Source: Candidatus Thorarchaeota archaeon (lineage in GTDB: Archaea > Asgardarchaeota > Thorarchaeia > Thorarchaeales > Thorarchaeaceae). Taken from it: a stretch of DNA of 64,000 nt. Numbering within the stretch: the first letter of the stretch is position 1; every line of letters begins with the position of its first letter. A program made the position numbers and the translations under genes. The stretch is from the NCBI GenBank assembly GCA_046758445.1, contig JBHIAE010000007.1:1-64000 (forward strand), in the 5' to 3' direction. Below the pieces are notes generated by a model that was given only the letters and a program-made list of their open reading frames with translations, had not been told where the DNA came from and searched no databases. Positions 18,229-28,488 of the stretch are shown piece by piece.

Positions 18229-19440
18229 CTATTTCTCCATCCTTCTTGCAGCAGCCTCCAGCGCTACAACAAGATCTAGTTTTTTTCCTGTCAAGAAGTT
18301 GATAGTAGCGCCACCACCGGTACTGATGTGAGTGATTTGCTCAGCAAGATCTTTCTTCTGTGCCATTGCTCCCATGTGACCGCCACCAACGACGGTGATT
18401 CCGTTGCACTGTGCCATTGCATCAAGGATCTTGGATGTGCCAAGTGCAAATGCCTCCTTCTCAAAGAAGCCCATTGGACCATTGGCAAAGACTACTGCTG
18501 AGTTTCTGATTGTCTCTACGTAGTTGGCTATTGTGTTTGGACCTATGTCAAAGAATGGGTTGTCATTCATCTTATCGAAGTTACATTCGAAACGTTGTCC
18601 GCCTCTTTCTACTGCCGCATCCTCAGGAAGAACGATGACATCTGGGTATTTCTCTAGAAGCTCCTTGGCAGTGCCCGACGCATCTTGAAAGCCCTTAATC
18701 GGTTTCGAATAATGCTTAGGGATTCTATCACCTGTAATTAGGAACAGCGTGCCCAATAATCCACCAATGAGTGCATTGTCCACCACTCCGGCCTTCAGGA
18801 GCTTACCAAGTGTCTTGACCTTGTCCTCGACCTTTGCACCTCCAAGTACAAGTGTCCATGGATGTCGGTCAGTCGCAGTGGCATCAGTAAGTGTGCGGAT
18901 CTCCTTCTCAACTAGCCTTCCCGCCACAGAAGGTAGGACAACCGTGAACCCGACAATCGAGGCCTGAGACCTGTGTGCGGCACCAAATGCATCATTGACG
19001 AAAATATCGAAGAGTGGATAGAGCTCTTGAACTATTGGCTCTCTGGATACCTTCTCAGCAGGCGCCTTCTTGAGTTCGCCCTCAAAACAACGGACGTTCT
19101 GAAGGACTAGTATCTCACCAATTTCCACCCTCTCAATCGCCTGCTTTGCTTTGTCACCAAAGATGTCGTCAACAAAGGTGGCCTTAAGCCCGTGGCTCCT
19201 CAATATCTCGGTGTGTTGCTCCAACGAAATGAAGTCGTCACTGCCCGGACGTCCCTGGTGTGCCATCAATACGGTCTTGCTCTTTGATAGCTCTCTTAGG
19301 GTCGGCAATATGGCAATGATTCGTGAGTCATCAGTGATTCTTTGGGTTTTGGGGTCTACTGAACAGTTAATGTCTACGCGAATTAGAACCCGTTTCCCAA
19401 GAAGGTCTACATCGTCAAGGGTCTTGAAGAGCAGATTCAA
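18229..19440 (-). CDS. pgk: Phosphoglycerate kinase
   Basis: RVDIN, AHQGRPG, NDAFGAAHRS, LGGAKV, NGPMG and HISTGGGA motifs. Confidence 0.97.
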   Translation of the reverse strand: MNLLFKTLDDVDLLGKRVLIRVDINCSVDPKTQRITDDSRIIAILPTLRELSKSKTVLMAHQGRPGSDDFISLEQHTEILRSHGLKATFVDDIFGDKAKQAIERVEIGEILVLQNVRCFEGELKKAPAEKVSREPIVQELYPLFDIFVNDAFGAAHRSQASIVGFTVVLPSVAGRLVEKEIRTLTDATATDRHPWTLVLGGAKVEDKVKTLGKLLKAGVVDNALIGGLLGTLFLITGDRIPKHYSKPIKGFQDASGTAKELLEKYPDVIVLPEDAAVERGGQRFECNFDKMNDNPFFDIGPNTIANYVETIRNSAVVFANGPMGFFEKEAFALGTSKILDAMAQCNGITVVGGGHMGAMAQKKDLAEQITHISTGGGATINFLTGKKLDLVVALEAAARRMEK

Positions 19441-19527
19441 ACGACATCACCAAGTGCACCTTGGAAACTGTCTGGAATAAAGAGATTGTTATCGAAGTTG
19501 TGAGGAAGGCCCTATTTCCTCTTTAGA

Positions 19528-19887
19528 CTACCATTCTCCGACTACGATTGATTCAATGAGATCTGAAAGCATGGGTCCGTCAGGATACACGACCACAGTG
19601 CAGTATCGTTCACCGTTTCTGAGTGATAGTTTGATGCTCTTCTCACGTCCCACGGATAGAAGAGCACGCACGGCCTCATGGGTCCAATCAGTCACGTTGA
19701 TAGTAGCCGATAAGTTAACATCACGAAGGAGTTTCTCGAACTTGGCTCCTTGGCCCTCTTGAAGGGTCCGACCGATTGATTCTATGACAAGTAGCTGTTC
19801 GTCCAGGCTTGGGAACTGAGGGTCAAGCGTCACGCATTGGAGTTGTTGCTTATTCCTATTATATCCGTAGGGAGAAGGATCAATCAA
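19528..19887 (-). CDS. Hypothetical protein
   Basis: 119 aa; 4-nt overlap with the upstream gene. Confidence 0.55.
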   Translation of the reverse strand: MIDPSPYGYNRNKQQLQCVTLDPQFPSLDEQLLVIESIGRTLQEGQGAKFEKLLRDVNLSATINVTDWTHEAVRALLSVGREKSIKLSLRNGERYCTVVVYPDGPMLSDLIESIVVGEW

Positions 19888-20105
19888 ATTCGTGTCAAGC
19901 TATACCGGTACTCGGGCTGGCATTCAGTGTCCTGCTCCTTCTCTCTCCAGTAGACTGCCCACAGACCATTTTCGGCCCTATGGAGATAGACGTACCTGTA
20001 TGATTTCATCTTCCGTGCCAGCTCAACCGCGTCTAGCATCTTCTCAAATGCCTCTGCGAGCTTGTACACGCGGCCCCCCAATACCTTCCATTTGTCAATT
20101 GTCAT
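19884..20105 (-). CDS. Small hypothetical protein
   Basis: 73 aa with natural composition; coupled to the downstream gene. Confidence 0.6.
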   Translation of the reverse strand: MTIDKWKVLGGRVYKLAEAFEKMLDAVELARKMKSYRYVYLHRAENGLWAVYWREKEQDTECQPEYRYSLTRI

Positions 20106-20161
20106 GGTAGTCAGTTTCTTTGGTGCCTAATAATGTCGCCACATAAGCTGATGATGAAATA

Positions 20162-20923
20162 CTAACCTTTCCTACCGATTACAACAAGCCTGTTAGCCTC
20201 GTGGTCATAGGGATCTCCTTCAAGCGAACCATAGACCCCAAGTATGTCTAGCCCAACGGACTTCAGCATCATCTTCATCTCAGCCGCAGAGTATATCCAG
20301 TGTGAAACACTCCACTCGCTCACCTTTCCTTCTTTAGAGATCAGAATCCATGTTGAGTCCACCCAGCTCCAGTCTTTCGAAACTTTTCTCTCCTCTAGCT
20401 TGAAGCCTGCTTCTGTGCGGTGCCAATCTCTTTCTCTGAAGACTCTGGCAAGTTTCTCCTTGCTCAACAGGTCAAACAATACCTTTCCACCCGACTTTAG
20501 AGAGGCATGTATGTTTTCCAAGACTCGATGTTGGTCTTCCTGATCCTCGAAATATCCAAAAGAGGTGAACATACTGAGAATCACATCAAAGGAATTCTCC
20601 CTCCGAAACTCACGCATGTCGGCCTCGATCAGATTGATATCTAGTCCTTCCGCCTTGGCCTGCTTCCTGGCAATATTGAGATAATGCTTTGTTCTGTCAA
20701 CACCATCTACCTTGAAACCCCTGCGGGCAAGCTCCAGAGTATGCCTGCCCACTCCACAACAGAGATCGAGTATGGTATTATCTGGTTGGACGTCAAGGAG
20801 TGCAATTAGGGCGTCAACCTGATTTGGTGTACGTTCCATACGTTCCTCTGAGAACATCACCTGTGTGTGCCTCTCCCAGAACTCATCCTGTTCATGCCAT
20901 CTTTCATCCATCTTCTCTTTCAC
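20162..20923 (-). CDS. Class I SAM-dependent methyltransferase
   Basis: ILDLCCGVGRH, DMR and FTSFGYF motifs. Confidence 0.9.
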   Translation of the reverse strand: MKEKMDERWHEQDEFWERHTQVMFSEERMERTPNQVDALIALLDVQPDNTILDLCCGVGRHTLELARRGFKVDGVDRTKHYLNIARKQAKAEGLDINLIEADMREFRRENSFDVILSMFTSFGYFEDQEDQHRVLENIHASLKSGGKVLFDLLSKEKLARVFRERDWHRTEAGFKLEERKVSKDWSWVDSTWILISKEGKVSEWSVSHWIYSAAEMKMMLKSVGLDILGVYGSLEGDPYDHEANRLVVIGRKG

Positions 20924-21002
20924 CAGTCATGTCCTCATTTCAGAATCGAGTATTGATTAGAATATGAATCAATGGGCAAATGTGATTGTCTAATAGGAGA
21001 AT

Positions 21003-21167
21003 TGGTGCCGCAGGAGGGATCCCCTCATCATCACAAGAAGTGATGATGATTCGAGCCCTCGACTTCGAGATGTCTCATCAGGCGCGGTCTCAATGACCCC
21101 GATCTTCTCCCGGCAAACCCGGGAAGATTATGAGTCTCGCGCCCTTACCAGACTAGGCCACTGCGGC
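21003..21167 (-). tRNA. tRNA-Met(CAT), elongator type, with canonical intron (21072-21128) and T-loop insert (about 21021-21050)
   Basis: Acceptor GCCGCAG/CTGCGGC+ACCA; BHB CTCA/TGAG at the anticodon; 30-nt hairpin inside the T-loop. Confidence 0.85.
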
Positions 21168-21283
21168 TTTGTAATACTCATAATGAAGTCTGGCAAACGA
21201 GCACTCTTGACTCCTCTAATTAAACTTGTCTTCAGTGTGGCATGCAATTGACGTCTGTGCTGCTTTGCTCTTTGATGGAGTGA

Positions 21284-23200
21284 TTACTCCGCAAGAACAC
21301 GCCTTACCTCGGTCGTCAGGAGGTCCTTGACTGTCTTACCATCCGCCTTCCCTCTCAGCTCCTTCATTGCCACGCCCATAAGACCACCTATTGCAGCCTC
21401 TCCCCTCTCGCGAACAAAGTCAACTCGTTTCCTGACTATTGTTCTTATGATTTTCTCAAGCTCGGTGGCATCCACCCTTTCTAATTCAGTTGCTTCAAGG
21501 GCTTCCTTCACACTGGATGAGGGGTTGTTGGCAAGGTAAGTCAAGACAACGGGAATGGCCTCTGAGGAAATGTCATCTGTCAAGACATTCTCGAATAGAC
21601 CCATTAGGTGTCCCTCGGTCAGATTGTCAGTGGGTACGCCATCACGATGCAGACTAACAAGCGTGTTCTCCAAGGTGACTGCAACTAGTGTGGGCGATAC
21701 GTCTAGTTTGTTCACGATACTCTCGTAAAGATCCAGATTGAGAGATCTGACAACCTGAGCAGCTAGGTCCTCGCTAAGGTCGTGCTCTTCTACGAATCTC
21801 TTCCTCTTCTTCTCGAGGGTTTCAGGCATATTCCGTCTGATTCTCTTTAGACGTGCTGTGGTGATCTTCACGGGGCGGACGTCGGTCTCGGGGTACATTC
21901 TTTCTGCCCCTGGTCGAGGACGAGCGTACTTGGTGGTTGCATCTGGTAGTGGTGTTCGAGTTTCTGCCGGCACGCCCTCGATAGCTTCGCAAGCTCTCTT
22001 CATAACAGCATCTAGAGCGTCAGTACATTTCTCTTTAGATGCGGCAACGATGACCACTGCGTCTTCTTCATTGGCACCGACTGTTTCTCTAACTTGGACT
22101 GTTTCGGCTCTGCTGATTCCATGGTCCGGGAGTTCATCGGTATGGAAGATGCCACCTACTCCACCCCAGAATTTGGCGTGGTCAGAGAGCTCTGTCCCTA
22201 GCCTGCGACCAGGTTGTATCTCTTTCCCGACTAGCCCCGTAAAGCCCGGTAGATTCACCGCCAATACAGCCCCCCCAGACTTGAGAGCCTTCTTCAGGAT
22301 CTTGGACTCTGTGCCCGAAAAGACTTTGCTCACGTCGTGGATACTTCCATCAAGGTCATCCTTGGTAATTCCGCGGTCAGACAGGGCATCACGTATTTCC
22401 AGTAGCCTCTCCTGTCTTAGAGTCTCCAATCTCACAAGTTCGGCAAGCATCTCGAGCTGTTGGAAACCCTTGATTTCTGTTACTGCGCCACCATTGATGG
22501 AAACATTGACGTCCTGCCTAATCGATCCAAGACCTCGCTTTACCCTACCGGTGGACCTCAGTAACAGACCAATAGCGAGCGCTGTTTCTTGGGCCTCTTC
22601 AGGGGTGTGAATGTCTGGGGCTGTAGCCACTTCTACCAGAGGAATGCCAAGTCTGTCAAGTCTGTATACTCTCATGTTCTTCTTGTCATCGTCAGAGATC
22701 TTCCGGGCGGCATCTTCCTCCAGACATATGGTCTGAATCCCAATCTCCTTGTCACCTACTAGCACCTTTCCTCCAGTAGCTATGATACAGGTGCGTTGGA
22801 AACCTGTGGTGTTACTTCCGTCAATTACGATCTTCCGCATTGGGTGTATCTCATCAACCGGAGTGGAACCGAGGAAATTCGCCATTATCAGGCCAACATC
22901 GATGGATTCCTCGCTTAGATTGTGAGGTGGTTCTTCGTCAGCCTCCACAAGGCATGTGGTATCATTGTAATACTCGTAATAGAATCGTTTCTGCTGTTGA
23001 AACTCAAAAAGTGCTGCAGGATCAACTGCACCCATCTCACTCTGTGTAGGTCTTAGTCTGCGTACGAATCCACCATGAGGTGCATCGTCACGTACAACTG
23101 TAGGACAATGACAATAGAGCTTTCGTGCTGTGTTGAGTTGTTGGTGTAGCTCGAGACCTACCATGAGACCAATATCTCTGTAATGGGCGGTCTCATCCAT
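21284..23200 (-). CDS. gatE: Glutamyl-tRNA(Gln) amidotransferase subunit E
   Basis: GLELHQQL, RRLRPTQSEMG, DGSNTTGFQRT, CLEEDAAR, LDRLGIPL and RMYPETD motifs. Confidence 0.97.
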   Translation of the reverse strand: MDETAHYRDIGLMVGLELHQQLNTARKLYCHCPTVVRDDAPHGGFVRRLRPTQSEMGAVDPAALFEFQQQKRFYYEYYNDTTCLVEADEEPPHNLSEESIDVGLIMANFLGSTPVDEIHPMRKIVIDGSNTTGFQRTCIIATGGKVLVGDKEIGIQTICLEEDAARKISDDDKKNMRVYRLDRLGIPLVEVATAPDIHTPEEAQETALAIGLLLRSTGRVKRGLGSIRQDVNVSINGGAVTEIKGFQQLEMLAELVRLETLRQERLLEIRDALSDRGITKDDLDGSIHDVSKVFSGTESKILKKALKSGGAVLAVNLPGFTGLVGKEIQPGRRLGTELSDHAKFWGGVGGIFHTDELPDHGISRAETVQVRETVGANEEDAVVIVAASKEKCTDALDAVMKRACEAIEGVPAETRTPLPDATTKYARPRPGAERMYPETDVRPVKITTARLKRIRRNMPETLEKKRKRFVEEHDLSEDLAAQVVRSLNLDLYESIVNKLDVSPTLVAVTLENTLVSLHRDGVPTDNLTEGHLMGLFENVLTDDISSEAIPVVLTYLANNPSSSVKEALEATELERVDATELEKIIRTIVRKRVDFVRERGEAAIGGLMGVAMKELRGKADGKTVKDLLTTEVRRVLAE

Positions 23201-23201
23201 G

Positions 23202-24554
23202 TTATTCAATCTCCCGATGAGGTTCGTATTCTGCCATCTCAGTTCGCATCTCAATCTCGCCCACTAGAGATTGTGACATTGACTCTCTCACCTTATCTGG
23301 AGTCTTCATGTTTGCAAGAAGCCAGGCCAGCTTGACGTATGCTGTTTCAGTTAGCATGTCCTCGCATGGAATGACACCCATTTCCAGCAGTTCTACGCCG
23401 GTGCGATAGACATTCATGTCAATCCGGCCTGAGATACATTGACTCGTCATAGCTATGACTATGCCTGTGTCGAGTGCCTTCTTCAGGGAAGGTTGAATTA
23501 TCTTGGGCGCATGTCCTAGACCTGTCCCTTCGATGACTATGCCTCTATACTCTCGATCAACGAGAGAGTCAATCATTCCAGCACTAAAACCGGGGTGTGT
23601 CTTCACAATGGCCACCCGGTCATCGAACTTGGGTTTCAGTCGGAGCTTTCGGTTAGGGTCCCTCCTGAATAGCGGTGTGGTCATCTCAGTGATATCAGAG
23701 GAATCTACCTTGAAGAGTGGGTATGAGTTGATTGACTGAAATGCGTCACGTCTGCTTGTGTGGCTCTTACGTACACGGGTTCCTCTGTGTGCATAGGCAT
23801 AACTGTCGTCTGTATGTGCATGCATGACCACCATTACCTCAGCGGCATTGGCTCGAACAACCAAGTCTGTTGCCCAGACCAAGTTCGTGGCAGAGTCTGA
23901 TGAAGGCCTGTCTGAGGACCTTTGGGAACCAACAAGTGCTACTGGTACTGGAAGGTCTTGCAGTGCGAATGATAGTGCGGCGGAAGTGAAACCAAGTGTA
24001 TCTGTACCATGTGCTATGACAACTCCATCGGCCCTTTTCTTGACCTCGGCGGCGACTCCACGAGCAATCTTTGACCAGTCAGAAGGTGTGATGTCCTCTG
24101 AGAACACACTCATCAGGACCTTTGCTCTCACGTTGGCATGGTCCCGAAGCTCTGGGACTGTGTCATATAGGTCCTGAGCGGTGAGTGCTGGGTTTACAGC
24201 CCCAGTCATGTAGTCTACTTTGCTGGCGATAGTCCCTCCAGTACTCAAGATTGATACTGAGGGAAGCTTCGGATTCATGGCAGGTACCTCTTGTCCTGCA
24301 CCACGTCTTCTTCCTCGAGCCTTGCGAACTCGACTTATCTTGGAACTGGTTGAGAGTCTAATTCCAACATTGTATCCATTTGGCATTTTGAGTACGACGT
24401 GATCAGGATCAGCACCAATCTGGGCTCGGGGCATGAGAATCCCAGTATACTCGTTGCCGTCGTCGATTATCTTGATTGTGTCACCAACCTCAACATCCGA
24501 GGCAGAGAGCTTCTTCAGAACAAGACCGCCATAGCCGGAGCCATTCAGACTCAA
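23202..24554 (-). CDS. gatD: Glutamyl-tRNA(Gln) amidotransferase subunit D
   Basis: TGGTIAS, HGTDT, GSQRSSDRPSSD and HTSRRDAF motifs; adjacent to gatE. Confidence 0.97.
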   Translation of the reverse strand: MSLNGSGYGGLVLKKLSASDVEVGDTIKIIDDGNEYTGILMPRAQIGADPDHVVLKMPNGYNVGIRLSTSSKISRVRKARGRRRGAGQEVPAMNPKLPSVSILSTGGTIASKVDYMTGAVNPALTAQDLYDTVPELRDHANVRAKVLMSVFSEDITPSDWSKIARGVAAEVKKRADGVVIAHGTDTLGFTSAALSFALQDLPVPVALVGSQRSSDRPSSDSATNLVWATDLVVRANAAEVMVVMHAHTDDSYAYAHRGTRVRKSHTSRRDAFQSINSYPLFKVDSSDITEMTTPLFRRDPNRKLRLKPKFDDRVAIVKTHPGFSAGMIDSLVDREYRGIVIEGTGLGHAPKIIQPSLKKALDTGIVIAMTSQCISGRIDMNVYRTGVELLEMGVIPCEDMLTETAYVKLAWLLANMKTPDKVRESMSQSLVGEIEMRTEMAEYEPHREIE

Positions 24555-24647
24555 TAGTATCCCACCTATAGGTTTCGAAACTCCACCCTGCGGTGTCGGT
24601 CATAAAGTCTTCGTCTCAATCAGTTGAAGCTGACAAGAGTCGGGTTC

Positions 24648-25208
24648 CTAGATGAAGCCAAGTATGATTAGAACTCCAAAAGTGATGAAGACCAGTCCTG
24701 TGACCCTCTTGACAACGTCTACAGGGATTCTGTTGGCAGCTTGATCGCCAGCAAATGCGCCAACGAGATTCACAACAAAGAAACCAGCTATTGCTCCCGC
24801 AAACACTAGTAACGGAAGGAAAGATTGCGCTGCAAGTGCTAGGATTGCAATTTGGCTCTTGTCACCTAGTTCTGACAATAGGACTAGGGATACCATGCTG
24901 AGGAAGGTTGCAGGTTGTTTACAGTCCTCTACGTCGGAATTGTCTTTCACTAGGGTATGTATTCCCATTCCAATGAATAGTGCTCCCGATATGTATAGAA
25001 TGAGGTTGATTGGAAGAGTAGTAGCCAGTATTACTCCCACGGCTACCGCTACTGCTGATGCGAATAGAAGTGCCAACATCGCCGCGAAGAGTACAACATA
25101 GGGACGTCTGTACTGCGCACTGAGACAAAGCGTGGCCAACATTGTCTTGTCACCAATCTCAGTGAGAAATACAAGACCAAACGTTGACAACAGAGTTTGC
25201 ACAGGCAT
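24648..25208 (-). CDS. TMEM165/GDT1 (UPF0016) Ca/Mn transporter
   Basis: Two E-phi-GD-K-[TS] motifs (EIGDKT, ELGDKS). Confidence 0.92.
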   Translation of the reverse strand: MPVQTLLSTFGLVFLTEIGDKTMLATLCLSAQYRRPYVVLFAAMLALLFASAVAVAVGVILATTLPINLILYISGALFIGMGIHTLVKDNSDVEDCKQPATFLSMVSLVLLSELGDKSQIAILALAAQSFLPLLVFAGAIAGFFVVNLVGAFAGDQAANRIPVDVVKRVTGLVFITFGVLIILGFI

Positions 25209-25282
25209 TCCTTTGTTTCCTCAGAGGCGCCGTGATAGTTCTCCCCGATAAGGCTATCTCAATGTCGCTTTCTGGAGAAGAG

Positions 25283-25403
25283 TGGTGCGGGAGGTGAGAT
25301 TTGAACTCACGGACTGCTTCCAGACCAGATGTCCTATTCGTATGACCCCTTTTCAGATACGATCTTAAGTCTGGCGCCTTTGGCCTAGCTTGGCTACTCC
25401 CGC
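25283..25403 (-). tRNA. tRNA-Leu(TAA) with canonical intron (25331-25363)
   Basis: GCGGGAG acceptor, long variable arm, TTCAAAT T-loop, BHB-like motif at 37/38. Confidence 0.92.
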
Positions 25404-25466
25404 CTGGGTCTGTCGATGCGTTTCCAGCTCTTCAACTCTTTTTTGATTTGCTGCGACGAGGAAACA

Positions 25467-25574
25467 TGGTGGGGCGGGCCGGATTTGAACCAGCGACCCT
25501 CGAGGGCTGAGGACAAATCCCTTCAGCATTCTCGGTGTAAGCGAGACATCATAGCCGGGCTAGACTACCGCCCC
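25467..25574 (-). tRNA. tRNA-Val(TAC) with variable-loop intron (25499-25528)
   Basis: GGGGCGG/CCGCCCC acceptor; BHB CGAG/CTCG with AA^T and AG^G bulges; removal restores CGAGA-AGGTC. Confidence 0.9.
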
Positions 25575-25613
25575 TAATCACTGCGGGTCGTTCAATCCGA
25601 ATAAAAGAGTTGC

Positions 25614-26288
25614 TTACTGGCGAATTGCAGCAACATGAAATTCTTGGAGAGCCTCTTCTAATACCAAGTTTCGGATGTCAGTGAAGCCGAGATCTGCAAC
25701 CGAATCACAGATGCTAGAGATTGTCTGAGAAGACGTATTCGATTTGAATGCTGCAATAAGCCATCCCCGCTTGATTAGCAGCGGAGAGAATCTCTTGATC
25801 AGTTTGAGTGTGCCTTCTGGCTCTGTGGTGACATCGATGAGCAGCAAATCAAGTTGCTCCTCCTTGCTGACAATTAGGGGATCCATCGTGAAAGCGTCAT
25901 CAACTAGGATTGATAGTTTCGGGTATTTGTTCACAAGCCTCTGAAGTGATTCAGCAAATTCCTCTGATATCTCGATACCTACGGCTGTTACATCACATTC
26001 AGCTAGATACATCAGGAAGCCTCCGGCCGAGCTGCCAATGTCAAGAGCAGTCTTTCCTGGGACTATGATGCCTCCTAGTGATTCGTCAATCTGCTGTAGC
26101 TTCAGATATCCAATCGGTGCATCTGACGCGTCCGTCGAAACGACTACAGACTCTGTACCCTTGATTTGCTTCGAGGGTTTTGCGTAATCTCCGTTGACCT
26201 TCACATACCCAGCCCGAATAGCGCGTTTTGCAGCCTGACGTGACGAGAAATGGCCTTGTTCCACCAACCAGATATCAAGTCTTGGCAT
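25614..26288 (-). CDS. S4-domain SAM-dependent methyltransferase (TlyA-like)
   Basis: RLDIWL...SRQAAKRAI..G.V.VNG S4 domain; LDIGSSAGGF motif. Confidence 0.85.
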   Translation of the reverse strand: MPRLDIWLVEQGHFSSRQAAKRAIRAGYVKVNGDYAKPSKQIKGTESVVVSTDASDAPIGYLKLQQIDESLGGIIVPGKTALDIGSSAGGFLMYLAECDVTAVGIEISEEFAESLQRLVNKYPKLSILVDDAFTMDPLIVSKEEQLDLLLIDVTTEPEGTLKLIKRFSPLLIKRGWLIAAFKSNTSSQTISSICDSVADLGFTDIRNLVLEEALQEFHVAAIRQ

Positions 26289-27048
26289 GGTATTTCTCTC
26301 CAATCTCCTCAGGAATGAACAGATGCATGGGAACTCCTTTCAATCTAGGGCCAATTGCAGCTAGTATACCTGAAGCACGAGTGCTTCTCTTGCATCGTAG
26401 GGAGTATTCAAAATGGCCGAGCTTTTCTATCCGATAGATGTCTTCGGTGTGACCGGATCTTCTGAGGACAGCATCGATGAGTTCCTTGGTGCATCCTAAG
26501 ACAAGAAGCCGTTGATGATTATCCCTGACCCATCTGTCTATCTGTTCGAGATATGATTCCGCAAACTCACCTGCGATTCTCTGGCTAGTAGTGTCTACTT
26601 CTGTGATCCGTATGGTCACGGGAAGATTGTCTACCAGTACTAGTGTGCTGGCGATTGTCCTTAGAGAAGAGTTGTGCATTTCAAACTGTTCTCGTAGACC
26701 GTAAAGGGGAATTAGTACGTCCATCTGACTAGGTGTGGCAATTCCGATGTCCACATACAGACCGTAGCCTACTTTTCCAACGTCAACAAAGTGACCCTTG
26801 TGAGTAGAATCGGGGCGAAGGGCGCCAATCGTAGAAATGGTTCCATATTCTTGTGCTAGCACATTCGCAATGAATTCCTCGTCCTCCCCATCAATCTCGA
26901 CCGTTATACGACCTCTTTTGTTGGTCCCAATCTTGACGAGTCTTGCGCTTAGTTCTCTGGCTATGTCGGCAAAATCCGCTCTTACAGCCTGAAGGAGCTT
27001 CCCTCTATATGCTCCATATGCTCGTGCTTCCAGAACTAGATGCTTCAA
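26275..27048 (-). CDS. DUF2110 family protein
   Basis: VGKVGYGLYVDIG and L.C...T...GI...IG motifs; usual neighbour of tfe. Confidence 0.85.
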   Translation of the reverse strand: MKHLVLEARAYGAYRGKLLQAVRADFADIARELSARLVKIGTNKRGRITVEIDGEDEEFIANVLAQEYGTISTIGALRPDSTHKGHFVDVGKVGYGLYVDIGIATPSQMDVLIPLYGLREQFEMHNSSLRTIASTLVLVDNLPVTIRITEVDTTSQRIAGEFAESYLEQIDRWVRDNHQRLLVLGCTKELIDAVLRRSGHTEDIYRIEKLGHFEYSLRCKRSTRASGILAAIGPRLKGVPMHLFIPEEIGEKYHAKT

Positions 27049-27119
27049 TCGCCAACCCCCTGAAAGAGTCTGAATGCCTTATGCTAAGTAGATTTCCCTA
27101 GGGATTTGCTCCCATGGAC

Positions 27120-27671
27120 TTACGTTGTAGAAGTAGCTGACAAGTCGGCTTTCAGTTCTTCTACTCGCTTGCGGAGAAAATCAATTGCTCTTGTGTTGTC
27201 GACATATTCCAGTTGTTCATTACAGTTAGGACATCGGAATGAGAGATTCATGGCCTCCTCAAACGGAACTGGAGAGGAATCACGGCTAACGCATGCATAG
27301 AGGTCATTGTTAGATTCGTGTTCTAGTCTTTGTTCAAGTAGATTCAGGACGAGCCGTTTCTTTCGGTCGACTAGGGCTTGTGCCTTCTTTGGATCTATCT
27401 TCCAATAGTACAAGAACCACCCTGTATTAGTATCCCGGATTCTGCGGTAGGAGGCGAGATGATTGTCATGGAGCTTGTATAGAATCCTTCGAACTATGTT
27501 GAGTTTCAGATCGGTCTTTGTGGCAATTTCCTCATCCGTGGTTTCCTCTGCATTGACAAGGACTGTCGCGACGTCCACGCCCTCTTTGCCCGTTATCTCT
27601 TCGACTACAAGGCGGAACAGGTCGTGATTGATGTTAGCATGTACCATTTTGAAGTAATCACCTGAACTCAC
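27120..27671 (-). CDS. tfe: Transcription factor E (TFE/TFIIE alpha)
   Basis: TDEEIA, VRRILYKL, RDxxTGW..YYW motifs and FxCPxC zinc ribbon. Confidence 0.95.
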   Translation of the reverse strand: MSSGDYFKMVHANINHDLFRLVVEEITGKEGVDVATVLVNAEETTDEEIATKTDLKLNIVRRILYKLHDNHLASYRRIRDTNTGWFLYYWKIDPKKAQALVDRKKRLVLNLLEQRLEHESNNDLYACVSRDSSPVPFEEAMNLSFRCPNCNEQLEYVDNTRAIDFLRKRVEELKADLSATSTT

Positions 27672-27788
27672 GGAACTTGGCCAATCAACTGCATCGTAAT
27701 GTAACCAAAAGCCCTGCGTTTGGAAATTTGCACTTACTATACTATTATTACCTAAGAGAGTATATATTCACTTCGCTTGGGTCCTCTT

Positions 27789-28361
27789 CTACTTGGACTT
27801 CTGCGACTTCTTCCGCTTGACCACAACCCGGTCTCCAAGCGTTGGTCCAGCGCTGGATACACCCCGACTTGGTTTGATTGGAGCTGAACCAATTGGCTCC
27901 AGTAGTGAGATGCCAAGCTCTCTCTCGAGGCCTCTGATAGTCTTACGTGTCGGCTTTAGTCGACCCGTTTCTATTGCCTGAAGAGTTGAGATGCGTTCAC
28001 CCACCTTCTGAGCGAGCTCCTCTTGGCTTAGTTTCATCTTCTGTCTCGTAGTTCGGATCTTCTCGGCGTAGTCTTCAATGAGAATCATTTCATCGAGTCG
28101 TGTTCCGCTCGACACACGGGGTCTTGGTTTGCGGGATGCTTTTGATAGTGCCTGTCGGGAAACACCTGGGACTGGCTTCTTGGGTTCTCCGACCCAGGAT
28201 GGACGTATTCTAGAATCTGAGAGATCCCTTCGGCCTGGACTGGGTGCGGCTCCTGCAAACCTAGCTGCGCACTGATGGCATACGTTCATTCGAGCGCCCT
28301 CGATCTCAACGTTTCTTCCACGACCCTTCATGTTCCTGCCACATAGTTCACAGCTGGGCAC
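27789..28361 (-). CDS. mbf1: Archaeal multiprotein bridging factor aMBF1
   Basis: CELCG zinc ribbon, HTH SQEELAQKV and TLGD motif. Confidence 0.93.
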   Translation of the reverse strand: MPSCELCGRNMKGRGRNVEIEGARMNVCHQCAARFAGAAPSPGRRDLSDSRIRPSWVGEPKKPVPGVSRQALSKASRKPRPRVSSGTRLDEMILIEDYAEKIRTTRQKMKLSQEELAQKVGERISTLQAIETGRLKPTRKTIRGLERELGISLLEPIGSAPIKPSRGVSSAGPTLGDRVVVKRKKSQKSK

Positions 28362-28488
28362 AAGTATCCCTCTTCTAGTGATTTTGCATCGGCAATGTTG
28401 ATAAAAGTTGTCGACTGGTACAGAATTCTGGGACCCTCAAAGGAATGCTTAAATCGTTAGCATCGGATGGGGTTTCGAGGTGCAGTGA

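Noticed and set aside
21072-21128. Possible nested intron or box C/D guide within the tRNA-Met intron
   Set aside because: Two hairpins are present, but no second BHB and no convincing complete C/D box set could be drawn.
21858-22610. 250-aa plus-strand ORF
   Set aside because: Antisense to the well-conserved gatE, with Ser-rich shadow composition.
22966-22983. TGTAATACT-CGTAATAGA 9-bp-period match
   Set aside because: Explained by the YYEYY codons of gatE and lies outside the main cluster; not counted as a site.
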